Shown: in pieces, positions 1 to 8,244 of the stretch | How positions within the stretch are numbered: the stretch's first letter is position 1 | How the letters are laid out: each line of letters starts with the position of its first letter | DNA from: a virus | Length of the DNA: 17,434 nt | Virus genome (UHGV): UHGV-1770886 | Reading direction: 5' to 3' (one strand) | Program-made: the position numbers and the translations under genes | The notes under the pieces: generated by a model | Told to the model about the DNA's origin: nothing | Database searches by the model: none | What the model saw: only the letters and a program-made list of their open reading frames with translations

Positions 1-31
1 CCGGGCGCACTTTCCAGTGAAACGTCTCCAT
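1..31 (-). CDS. M: minor tail protein M, N-terminal fragment (runs off window start)
   Basis: ATG at 31..29 overlaps the tape measure stop (TAATG). Translation METFHWKVRP matches the recalled lambda M N-terminus MKTFRWKVKPG. Position immediately after H as in lambda. Confidence 0.5.
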   Translation of the reverse strand, partial: METFHWKVRP

Positions 32-3000
32 TACCGATATGCTCCACTTAACCGACCACCATCACGGGCCTGCTGTTGCATAAAGTCCGCTGCCGCTTTT
101 TTCCCGAGGTCATAAACCGCCTTCAGGGCAGCCGGACCTATCTGCCCGTTCGTGCCATCGTTATTGATCTCGATGTTGTACTGCGGGGAAAACATCGCCA
201 TACCTGACCCCCCAATATCCGCCACAACCCCCAGCTTACCGTCAGCACCACGACGCAATGGCAGAATGGCTTCAGGTCCCGCTTCCCCCATCACACCCGC
301 GCCTTTTGCAAAAGCAAAAAACGTCGGACGGTTAACCACCGTGCCACTGTAACGACTCAAATCAGCAGACTGATAAATCCCCCCATTGGCATTCAGGGAA
401 AGGCTGCTGAGATCAAATCCCAGTACACTGCCAATCCCTTTTATCGATTTCATCATGGTTGCCTGCGCCAGGATTTTCGCCATATCTGACAGCACAGAAG
501 AGGTGAAGGATTTGAAATTGAGTTTGCCGGTAGTGACAAAAGTTGCCAGGCCATTTCCCATGTTGCTGAAGGCTGACGAGAACACCTGTTCTGCTGTTTC
601 TGCCGTATTATCTGCATCCACGGTAAAATCCTGAAATGCACGCAGGACTCCGTTTTTCCAGTTACCCTGCACAACTTCAAGCTGTTGCCAGTAACGGCGA
701 TTCTCATTCAGTTGTCGGTTCAGGCTCTCCGTCAGCGCCTGCTCGGCCTTTCTGTAGTCATCCGTGTTATATGTCCCTTTCTGCTCACTATCCCGCCTCA
801 ACTGCTCCAGCTGTTGCTGGTATTTCTGGCGAAGACTCAGTTGTACCTGATATCGCTGTCGCTGCTGATCACCCATACCCACCGTGGCGATATCCAGGTC
901 ATGTTGCTGACGCTGAGCGCGCTCTTCTTCAGCCAGTTGACTGGTCAGCTGAATTGTTTTTTTCTTCAGCTCGTTGAGTGCCGTCTGTTTCTGAAGCTCC
1001 TGCTGTTTTACATCCAGCAGCGTCAGTGCCTGAATCAGTTCATCTTTACGGGCCAGCACACTCTTTTCATCTGCCGTCAGTTTTTTCCCGTCCAGGTCGC
1101 TGATGCGCTGCTGCAGAGCCAGAAGCTGTTTATGCGCTTCTGTCATCCTTTCCGTGGCAATGCCTGCTGACTGTCTGGCAGCAGCAATCTGTCCTTCCAC
1201 CTGTGCCTGTTGCTGACTGTACTGCAGCAATAACCGGGTGGCCTCATCATTACGGGTTTCGCGTGTTTTTTTCTTACCGGATGCCAGGGCTTTCTCGTAA
1301 CGTTCATTTTCACGTTGTATCGCCGCATCCCTGACAGCCTGATCGGCGTACTGCATGGCATTAATACGCGCAATTTCACGCTGATGTCGTGCTGCTTCCG
1401 TTTCATTCATCCGGTTCAGTGCAGCATTTTCAGCATTACGGCGTTTCTGTTGCTCCTGATAATTCCGCTCTGCCTGCTCTTTTGCATCCTGCAAATCCTT
1501 CTGGCGTTTTTTCTCCTGAAGATCGTTAAGACGCTGCTGATCGTATTCAACCTGAGAAGATGATGCCGTCCAGGGGAGTCTTTTCGCCCGCGACACTTTC
1601 TCCTGTAAAGCGGCAATCTGTTCATCCAGCGAGTCTTCACGACCAATATTCATGGCCGCATCCCAGAAACGACTCCACAAATCAGACAGATACTTCAGCG
1701 TACTGCCAAGCGCATTGAGGTTATTATCAATATCCGCAGTACGCCGACCGGTTTCCTCTGCCAGTGCAGACATGGCTATCCGTGCAGCATCACTGGACCG
1801 CCCCTGCTCCCCAAGGACGCGTATCTGCTCAAGCTGAGTGGCAGTAAGAAAATGCAGCTCATTGTCCAGAGCCTTCGCGGCATTTACAGGATCATCCTTC
1901 AGCCGCTTAAACTGATTTATGGTATCGCTGACCGACTGGCCAACCGATCGCTCCATCTGTGCGGCAACTCTCGCCACCATACCGATATCGTTTCCACGAA
2001 ATGCACCACTCCCCACCACCTGAGCCAGCGCACCGGCTGCAGCATGTTGCGTGATACCATTCCCGGAAATAGCACGACTGAGCGTCCACAGCTGCCCGGC
2101 AGTGACTCCGGCATAATGCCCCGTCAGCGACAACTGGCGGTTAAATTCTTCCCCCTCCTTCTGACCGTCATACCAGGCTTTACCCAGACCATAGACGGCC
2201 GCGGCAATACCGCCAATAACCCCGCCAAGCATCATGCCTTTCGGTGACATCAGTGTGTCTATCCATCCGGCACGGTTAGCCAGCGTTATCCCGGATCCCC
2301 TCAGCGCCCCTAAATTGCCGCGGGCCAGTTCACCTATCAGAACGCCTATCTCCTGGCGGGCTGCTGCACTTTTCAGACCCAGCGAATGCGTGGCTTTTCC
2401 TGCCTGCTCCATTTTGCGGATATACACTTCTGCAGCACTGCTTACCCCCAGCTGGGCTGCCTTAGCACGAAGCAACTCAGAAGATGAAAGATTCAGGCGG
2501 GTTGCCTGCTCTTTAAGCTGACGGATAAACGCCACTTTCTGTCGGGTAGCCTCTTCCTCAGCCTGTGTAAGAACACGGGTTTTCGCAGTAACCTCAGAAA
2601 TCAGCGCCAGATAATCCTGCTGACCAATCCCGCCACTGTTTCTGGCCTGTCGGATCTGCTGCTGAATACGCTGTAATTCCTGCAGCCCCGCACTGGCCTG
2701 TTTCACACTGTCAATCTGACGATAAAACGCAGCAGCCGCTTTATCCTGAGCCTCCGCCAGAGCCATGGCCTGCGCCTGTTCCTCGCGCATTTTCTGGCTC
2801 AGTGCCTCCATGCGCTGGCGGGTTTTCTCCACCTCGCGGGCCATGCGTTCATGAGCCTGTGCGTTCTTCTCCACCGTCTGCGCATGGACGGATGCGGCTG
2901 TTGCAGCCGAAGAAGCTGCCTGCGTTGTCTGCCGGGCGGCCTGAGTCTGACGCTCCATAAAACGCTGCATACGGGCAGAAGACCGTTCTGCATCGCTGGC

Positions 3001-3096
3001 TGCACCATTCAGAAGGTTTTTGATACGGGGAATTTCATTTTTAAACTCTGCCGCATCAATCCCCAAATCAATGACCAGGTTGGCTATCTGGTCCAT
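31..3096 (-). CDS. H: tail tape measure protein (lambda gpH-like), 1021 aa from internal Met
   Basis: ORF track 31..3126. Start moved to ATG at 3096 (MDQIANLVIDLGIDAAEF, cf. lambda H MAEPVGDLVVDLSLDAARF), preceded by GGAGGT 8 nt upstream. C-terminus INNDGTNGQIGPAALKAVYD matches lambda H. Long Q/E/R/K-rich helical middle typical of tape measures. Confidence 0.9.
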   Translation of the reverse strand: MDQIANLVIDLGIDAAEFKNEIPRIKNLLNGAASDAERSSARMQRFMERQTQAARQTTQAASSAATAASVHAQTVEKNAQAHERMAREVEKTRQRMEALSQKMREEQAQAMALAEAQDKAAAAFYRQIDSVKQASAGLQELQRIQQQIRQARNSGGIGQQDYLALISEVTAKTRVLTQAEEEATRQKVAFIRQLKEQATRLNLSSSELLRAKAAQLGVSSAAEVYIRKMEQAGKATHSLGLKSAAARQEIGVLIGELARGNLGALRGSGITLANRAGWIDTLMSPKGMMLGGVIGGIAAAVYGLGKAWYDGQKEGEEFNRQLSLTGHYAGVTAGQLWTLSRAISGNGITQHAAAGALAQVVGSGAFRGNDIGMVARVAAQMERSVGQSVSDTINQFKRLKDDPVNAAKALDNELHFLTATQLEQIRVLGEQGRSSDAARIAMSALAEETGRRTADIDNNLNALGSTLKYLSDLWSRFWDAAMNIGREDSLDEQIAALQEKVSRAKRLPWTASSSQVEYDQQRLNDLQEKKRQKDLQDAKEQAERNYQEQQKRRNAENAALNRMNETEAARHQREIARINAMQYADQAVRDAAIQRENERYEKALASGKKKTRETRNDEATRLLLQYSQQQAQVEGQIAAARQSAGIATERMTEAHKQLLALQQRISDLDGKKLTADEKSVLARKDELIQALTLLDVKQQELQKQTALNELKKKTIQLTSQLAEEERAQRQQHDLDIATVGMGDQQRQRYQVQLSLRQKYQQQLEQLRRDSEQKGTYNTDDYRKAEQALTESLNRQLNENRRYWQQLEVVQGNWKNGVLRAFQDFTVDADNTAETAEQVFSSAFSNMGNGLATFVTTGKLNFKSFTSSVLSDMAKILAQATMMKSIKGIGSVLGFDLSSLSLNANGGIYQSADLSRYSGTVVNRPTFFAFAKGAGVMGEAGPEAILPLRRGADGKLGVVADIGGSGMAMFSPQYNIEINNDGTNGQIGPAALKAVYDLGKKAAADFMQQQARDGGRLSGAYR

Positions 3097-3418
3097 AACG
3101 CACACCTCCGGAAATACCTTCCCCAAGATGCATCAGTTCTTCGTCCGTTCGCTCCGGTATCCCGTTCTCTTCCGGTAAAAGGCTGAAATCAGCCACCGCA
3201 GCATCACTGCTGCCGGACACCATTCTCACGATCAATGCCTTCAGCGAGGCAAACTGCGCATCCATCCACACATCACTGAAGCTCTGCATCCGGAAATAAT
3301 CGCCCCACTCACCAAGCTCAGTGGCCGACATTTCCGACAGCATCCGCCGCCAGTCTGCCCGCCGGAACTCCCGGGCAAGCCGCATGACAAACTGCATTTC
3401 CCGCGTCAGGACTTTTCC
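3068..3418 (-). CDS. T: T-frame extension of the tail assembly chaperone (G-T fusion via programmed -1 frameshift)
   Basis: Open -1 frame continues from the end of G through 3068 and overlaps the H start by 29 nt, as in lambda G/T/H. Heptamer GGAAAAG (mRNA sense, plus 3412..3418) sits 2 codons before the G stop; lambda uses GGGAAAG at the equivalent place. Confidence 0.6.
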   Translation of the reverse strand, partial: GKVLTREMQFVMRLAREFRRADWRRMLSEMSATELGEWGDYFRMQSFSDVWMDAQFASLKALIVRMVSGSSDAAVADFSLLPEENGIPERTDEELMHLGEGISGGVRYGPDSQPGH

Positions 3419-3795
3419 GGCGTCAGCGCCTCATGCTCATCATCCACGGCATTATCAATGGCCCCCATACCGCTCAGCGACAGAACCATCTCCGCCCCCG
3501 CACCCAGGGCATCATACGACCATGTTGTAATAACGGATGCGCAAAGCGTCTCTACATCCTTAGACTGATCCGCATTCCACAGTGAGCGGGAAACCAGCCA
3601 GGCATTGATATCCATCCCCATCCGCAGAAAAGCAATCTGTCGTTCAGCCTCCGGCAGTTCTCCCTCCCCGGCATCAAACTTTGCCGTTCGCTGCTGAACA
3701 AACGTCAGATATTCAATTCTCTGCAGCCCGGACAGCTCACTGAGCACCACGGACTGTTTTTCATAATTAAACGTGTCCTGTTTCAGAAACATCAT
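3406..3795 (-). CDS. G: tail assembly chaperone (lambda gpG-like)
   Basis: MFLKQDTFNYEKQSVVLSELSGLQRIEYL aligns with lambda G MFLKTESFEHNGVTVTLSELSALQRIEHL. Position between V and H. Start ambiguous between tandem ATGs at 3795 and 3792; GGTGGAG lies upstream. Confidence 0.8.
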   Translation of the reverse strand: MMFLKQDTFNYEKQSVVLSELSGLQRIEYLTFVQQRTAKFDAGEGELPEAERQIAFLRMGMDINAWLVSRSLWNADQSKDVETLCASVITTWSYDALGAGAEMVLSLSGMGAIDNAVDDEHEALTPEKS

Positions 3796-3852
3796 GTTCT
3801 CCACCTGCAAAAAAGCCCCGAATAACCGGGGCAAATGATGAGTATCGTCCTG

Positions 3853-4596
3853 TTAACCTGCTGCGCTGACAGTCACCGCAGTCACAGCCACAAAATTCCC
3901 GTCAGCGGTCATGCCCACAATGCTGACACTGCCCTGCTTCACGCCTTTTACCGTGGCCACAAGTCCGTTCAGGGTAACCGTGGCAGTCTGTGGATCTGAC
4001 GAATGCACACTGATCGCTTTGTCACTGGCTCCGTCAGGTTTTACTGTAAAGGTCAGCGTGGTGGTTGCTCCCACTTTTACACTGGCAGACGCCGGTGATA
4101 CTGTCAGCCCGGTAACGCTCACGGTTTCAGTGCCTTCCTCTGCCAGATACGGACGCCCCACACCGCTGATTTTCACAGTGCGGGTCATCACGTCTTTTGA
4201 GGCAATGGTTTTACCCAGTGAGCTCAGCCAGCCACGGAAAACATCAACAGTGCCGTTGGGATATTTGATACGAAACGCGCAGACTTCACCGGAGTCGAAC
4301 AACTGAACCAGTTTTTTCTGCCCGCTGTCACCCGGACGCCAGGCCAGCGTCGCCGAAGTATCACCAACGGATTTCTGCCCCTGGGTTGTCGTTTTCCAGT
4401 CTGCATCTTCATCATCGAGATAAGTGTCATCTTCTGCATCAGCGGTCATTTCGCCAGGTTGCAGATCCTTCACCATCGCAAGACGCAGCCAGTCAGTGTC
4501 CGACAAAGGGTTCGCAAACGCATCGCCGTTGCCGGTATACATCCAGAACGTCGTCCCCGCACCTTTCGTCTTTGCCAGTGGATTTGGTGTGGTCAT
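3853..4596 (-). CDS. V: major tail protein (lambda gpV-like) with C-terminal Ig-like domain
   Basis: From ATG at 4596 (MTTPNPLAKTKGAGTTFWMY), preceded by AGGAGGT. Strong collinear similarity to recalled lambda V ([20 protein letters not shown] ... NGTVDVFRGW ...). C-terminal TVSVTGLTVSPASASV... resembles a Big_2-type Ig domain. Confidence 0.9.
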   Translation of the reverse strand: MTTPNPLAKTKGAGTTFWMYTGNGDAFANPLSDTDWLRLAMVKDLQPGEMTADAEDDTYLDDEDADWKTTTQGQKSVGDTSATLAWRPGDSGQKKLVQLFDSGEVCAFRIKYPNGTVDVFRGWLSSLGKTIASKDVMTRTVKISGVGRPYLAEEGTETVSVTGLTVSPASASVKVGATTTLTFTVKPDGASDKAISVHSSDPQTATVTLNGLVATVKGVKQGSVSIVGMTADGNFVAVTAVTVSAAG

Positions 4597-4606
4597 TACC
4601 ACCTCC

Positions 4607-5008
4607 TTAATTCGTGTACGTGATCTGGTACGTGATTTCCGCCATCGCCCAGGTGGCCATCTCATTATCACGTTGATAGTTAAAACCGAGTGGGATCAGG
4701 GTGTCGATGAGTCCGGAAAGTGCCGGTATATCATTCAGGGCAGGGAAAATGGTGCTCTCCATCCACATATCCAGCTCTGAATCCGGTGCCTGTGCCCGGA
4801 TGAAGACGGCAATATGCAGAACAGCCTGCCAGTCATCTTCATCCGTCATTTTTCCGGTGTACTGAGCATCACTCAGCCACACCGCCACGGCAGGCAGTTC
4901 CTGCGCATCAATAAATGCCGGAAGCCCGTCAAAAAACGTGGCGCTGTCTCCACACTGTTCCCGAAGGCGTGCCAGTACGGCCTGGCGGATTTGTGTATGT
5001 CGGTTCAT
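4607..5008 (-). CDS. U: tail terminator protein (lambda gpU-like)
   Basis: ATFFDGLPAFIDAQELPAVAVWL ... DSELDMWMESTIFPALNDIPALSGLIDT aligns with recalled lambda U. Start placed at ATG 5008, which overlaps the Z stop (ATGA); the track start at 5020 is 4 codons longer. Confidence 0.85.
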   Translation of the reverse strand: MNRHTQIRQAVLARLREQCGDSATFFDGLPAFIDAQELPAVAVWLSDAQYTGKMTDEDDWQAVLHIAVFIRAQAPDSELDMWMESTIFPALNDIPALSGLIDTLIPLGFNYQRDNEMATWAMAEITYQITYTN

Positions 5009-5583
5009 CGGGTCAGCCATAACCTCAGTTGTTGTTTTAGTGCATACCCCAGCTGTTTCGGCATTTCCGCAGCAATGATGTGGTCGCGGGCATCTTCAAA
5101 TGCCTGTGTCAGCGGTCCGGACAGCGGGATTTTCACCACATCAATGGGGTAACGATTTTTGCCATCAATACGTCGCATCACATGCCAGCGACCATTCGCC
5201 AGTTGCTGAATAAACGCATCCCGGAAAAGATATTTACCCACCTTCAGCACACTGCCACGGTACTGCAGTTTTCCACCACGCCGGGCCAGTCTGACCCGGG
5301 CTGTCCCCAGCTTAATGGCGGGCAGATTGCCCCGGTTAACGCGGATCCTGACCGTCATTTTTCCTGACGGACTGGCTTTAAACACCCGGACACGCTGACG
5401 TACCAGTTTCAGGGGGATCCCTTTCACCTGGTTATCTCCCGCAACGGTATTCCCGGCAACCTGCCGGGTGGCAACCGAGACCGCTTTCTGTGCCACACGG
5501 TTTATCGCCCATGCGCTGGCCTGTGGCACCATACGGGTATCAAGGCTGTTCAGATTGCGGATGGCATTCTCAAGCCCCTTCAT
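5005..5583 (-). CDS. Z: tail completion protein (lambda gpZ-like)
   Basis: MKGLENAIRNLNSLD ... ANGRWHVMRRIDGKNRYPIDVVKIPL ... ELGYALKQQLR is collinear with recalled lambda Z. GAGGTG lies 6 nt upstream of the ATG. Confidence 0.8.
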   Translation of the reverse strand: MKGLENAIRNLNSLDTRMVPQASAWAINRVAQKAVSVATRQVAGNTVAGDNQVKGIPLKLVRQRVRVFKASPSGKMTVRIRVNRGNLPAIKLGTARVRLARRGGKLQYRGSVLKVGKYLFRDAFIQQLANGRWHVMRRIDGKNRYPIDVVKIPLSGPLTQAFEDARDHIIAAEMPKQLGYALKQQLRLWLTR

Positions 5584-5594
5584 CCCACACCTCT

Positions 5595-5870
5595 TTACTC
5601 AATAAAGATCATTGGCTTACCGTTAAAACGTTCATGCCGTGTGACCGTCCATTGTTGTCCGTCATAAACAACGCGATCCCCGCGCCGTGGGCGGTATCCC
5701 GAAGAAAACACCACCAGAGAGACCGCAGGTCCGGACAGAGCATTCAGCTCTGCCAGTGTTTCTCCCGGGATCACAGTCATATCGACATCATTAATCGAGG
5801 CTGTCTTTCCCATCTTTCTGACCGTGATCGCATCCATACGCGCTGCCAGCCGGGAAAAGGGATCAGACAT
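5595..5870 (-). CDS. FII: head-tail joining protein (lambda gpFII-like)
   Basis: FSRLAARMDAITVRKMGKTASI and RPRRGDRVVYDGQQWTV parallel lambda FII FDAAIARADETIRGYMGTSATI and LRRGDTLTIGEENFWV. ATG overlaps the stop of the upstream gene (ATGTCTGA). Sits directly before Z. Confidence 0.65.
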   Translation of the reverse strand: MSDPFSRLAARMDAITVRKMGKTASINDVDMTVIPGETLAELNALSGPAVSLVVFSSGYRPRRGDRVVYDGQQWTVTRHERFNGKPMIFIE

Positions 5871-6186
5871 TGAGTTTTACCGGCACTTCTTCTGCACTGG
5901 TTCCGGCATCTGCCCAGACAACCCCGACCAGCGGCTCAGAGCCGCTGTTAGTCAGCTGAACTTTTCCTGACTTCAGATAAACCTTCTTACCCGTTTTCAT
6001 GTCATCCGTTTTCAGCTTAGGCAGCATAAACACACCTTCGGTTATGCCGTCGCCTGTTTCTCCCTGTGGAATATCGGTCAGCGCCACCGCAAAAACATCC
6101 CCCACCTGCACCAGATCTCCGCTGCTGATGGCTGCACTGGCAACAATCGCCACCGTTTTTCCTTCTTCTACAAAATTCTTTGCCAT
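5863..6186 (-). CDS. small head-associated protein, DUF2190-like (occupies the lambda FI/decoration position)
   Basis: From ATG 6186 (MAKNFVEEGKTVAIVASAAISSGDLVQVGDV...), GGAGA 5 nt upstream. About 107 aa, Gly/Val-rich, immediately downstream of the capsid ORF. Family assignment is from memory of the DUF2190 N-terminal pattern and is not verified. Confidence 0.5.
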   Translation of the reverse strand: MAKNFVEEGKTVAIVASAAISSGDLVQVGDVFAVALTDIPQGETGDGITEGVFMLPKLKTDDMKTGKKVYLKSGKVQLTNSGSEPLVGVVWADAGTSAEEVPVKLNV

Positions 6187-6272
6187 AACTGTCTCCGCAC
6201 AGCCCCGTTCAGGGGCTGATTTCAGGTACAAAAAAAGCCCTTACGGGCCATCAGAGTTGTTGTCTGCGACGT

Positions 6273-8231
6273 TTACGCCGTACATTTCACCAGGCCGCGG
6301 TGATCAACTGGCGCAACACCAGCGTCAATACGCACTTTCGTTGTCACGCCATCCACACTGAAGCCCTCCATCTGATCAATATATGGCGTATCCACACCGT
6401 TGAGATAAGCCACTTCAATCGTATCGGAGCCTTTGGACGCAGCCAGGTAGAAGGTGGTCTGGCTGTTATCATCAAGACGAGGCTCTGCAATAACGGTCGC
6501 AAAATCTTTCACCGGGTTAATAATACCGGCGTTAATGTCAGCCCCCTTGACACTTGAGGAGCGAATGACCTGGTTAGCAACAGACTCCATCGCCGTCGGT
6601 ACCAGTACGAACGCAGGACGAATATTCAGATGACGCTCACCCTCTTTCTGAACGCGCATCAACTGGCGGGCTTTATCCAGCGATGCCACGTCCATTGCCG
6701 CGCTCTCCAGTACGTTTGCATGTTTCGCTTTATCGAACAGACTTACATTATCTGTGGAGATTTTCGGGTTAGACGTCAGAATGGCATAAACCAGATCGGC
6801 AATAGTGGATTTCGCCGCACGGCCCAGCTTCATCGGGACATCGGTCAGCATATTCAGATCATCATTGATAATGGCCTGACGGGTGATACTGAACAGCTCG
6901 CCATAGGTCGCCAGTGCAATAGTGGCCTGTTTATCTCCGGTGGTGACGTATTTATATTCTGCCCCTTCACGCACCTGACGCAGAGCACTGAAGCCCCCCA
7001 TACCCACACGATGGGCAATTTTAAAATCAGACAACTGACCTTTCCGCGTCCACTGTTCATAGGTTTCAGGGGCATCTTCCCAGCCCTGCAGAATGGCTTT
7101 GTTCGCAACATCCAGCAGAATATTACCGAAGTCAGACGTACTGTGTGTGAACGCCGCACCGACCATCTGCATCGGGTTATAACTGGAAACACCAATACCA
7201 CGTTCAGTCAGTGACATACGGGCATATTCACGCAGGGTCATCCCGTTGTAGACATTATCACGTTCAGTTTTTTCAAACCCGGCGCGCGCCATCAGCGCCT
7301 GGCGGATCCCGTCCCCCACAAAATTACCGTTACCGGCATAAATATGAGCCGGGGTATTTTTATTGGATGGCGTGGACTCGCGCCCCATCTCGTTCAACAG
7401 CTTTTCGCGGGCCTGCTCCAGCGAACATTCAGGATCGGCAAGACACTGAGCCTGCAACGACTGATAACGCCCGCCAAACATGGCAAACAGATCATTAATA
7501 CCGTTTACACGCGCTTTTTGCTCTGCCAGGACCTGCGCACGGATGCTGTTTTCATCCACCACGGGTGCTGCTGCCTGCACTGGCGTCCGGGAGGCTGCAG
7601 GTCCATCATCCTGTACGCGTGGAGCACTGTTGCGTGGCGGAGTAATCATATTTCGAATGGATTCCGGCATCTTTTTAAATTCCTCTGTACGTTTTGACTG
7701 AATACATGCCATTGCCTTAACGGCTGGTGTCACCTGATCAGCAAATCCCTGTGCCAGACATTCGGCACCGGACATCCAGGTCTCATCCGCCAGCATGGCA
7801 GCAATTTCATCGGTGGTTTTCCCGGTTTTCTGTGCATAAGCGGGTAACAGAACCGCCTCAACTTTATCGAGCAGGTCGGCATAGGTGCGCATGTCCTCCG
7901 CATCACCGCCCGTAAAGCCAAATGGTTTATGAATCATCATGAAGGAGTTTTCCGGCATAATGACCGGGTTTCCCACCATCGCAATGACCGACGCCATTGA
8001 CGCCGCCACACCGTCGACATAAACGGTAATGGACGCACCATGTGTTTTCAGTGCATTAAAAATGGCGATGCCTTCAAAGACATCGCCACCCGGTGAATTA
8101 ATATGGAGATTAATGTGGGTGATATCGCCCAGTGCATTCAGATCACTGATAAACTGCTTCGCCGTAACACCCCAGAAACCAATCTCGTCATAAATATAAA
8201 TATCCGCGTCACTCTGGTGACCTGCCTGCAT
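6273..8231 (-). CDS. prohead protease (ClpP/S14-like) - linker/scaffold-like - major capsid protein in one ORF
   Basis: One uninterrupted frame of 652 codons from ATG 8231 (13 nt after the portal stop). N-terminal ~200 aa look ClpP-like (DIYIYDEIGFWG ... INSPGGDVFEGIAIFNAL ... GVAASMASVIAM ... MMIHKP). A helical Q/E/R-rich linker follows. The C-terminal ~350 aa are of capsid size and position. Upstream track residues 1-87 rejected because they overlap the portal gene. Confidence 0.75.
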   Translation of the reverse strand: MQAGHQSDADIYIYDEIGFWGVTAKQFISDLNALGDITHINLHINSPGGDVFEGIAIFNALKTHGASITVYVDGVAASMASVIAMVGNPVIMPENSFMMIHKPFGFTGGDAEDMRTYADLLDKVEAVLLPAYAQKTGKTTDEIAAMLADETWMSGAECLAQGFADQVTPAVKAMACIQSKRTEEFKKMPESIRNMITPPRNSAPRVQDDGPAASRTPVQAAAPVVDENSIRAQVLAEQKARVNGINDLFAMFGGRYQSLQAQCLADPECSLEQAREKLLNEMGRESTPSNKNTPAHIYAGNGNFVGDGIRQALMARAGFEKTERDNVYNGMTLREYARMSLTERGIGVSSYNPMQMVGAAFTHSTSDFGNILLDVANKAILQGWEDAPETYEQWTRKGQLSDFKIAHRVGMGGFSALRQVREGAEYKYVTTGDKQATIALATYGELFSITRQAIINDDLNMLTDVPMKLGRAAKSTIADLVYAILTSNPKISTDNVSLFDKAKHANVLESAAMDVASLDKARQLMRVQKEGERHLNIRPAFVLVPTAMESVANQVIRSSSVKGADINAGIINPVKDFATVIAEPRLDDNSQTTFYLAASKGSDTIEVAYLNGVDTPYIDQMEGFSVDGVTTKVRIDAGVAPVDHRGLVKCTA

Positions 8232-8244
8232 CCTGAACCAGGAA

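Noticed and set aside
636-2521. Several plus-strand ORFs (e.g. 685..1170, 636..977, 1852..2247, 2234..2521) inside the tape measure gene
   Set aside because: They lie antisense to a well-supported 1021-aa lambda-H-like ORF, have odd composition and lack SDs; shadow ORFs in a GC-rich repetitive coding region.
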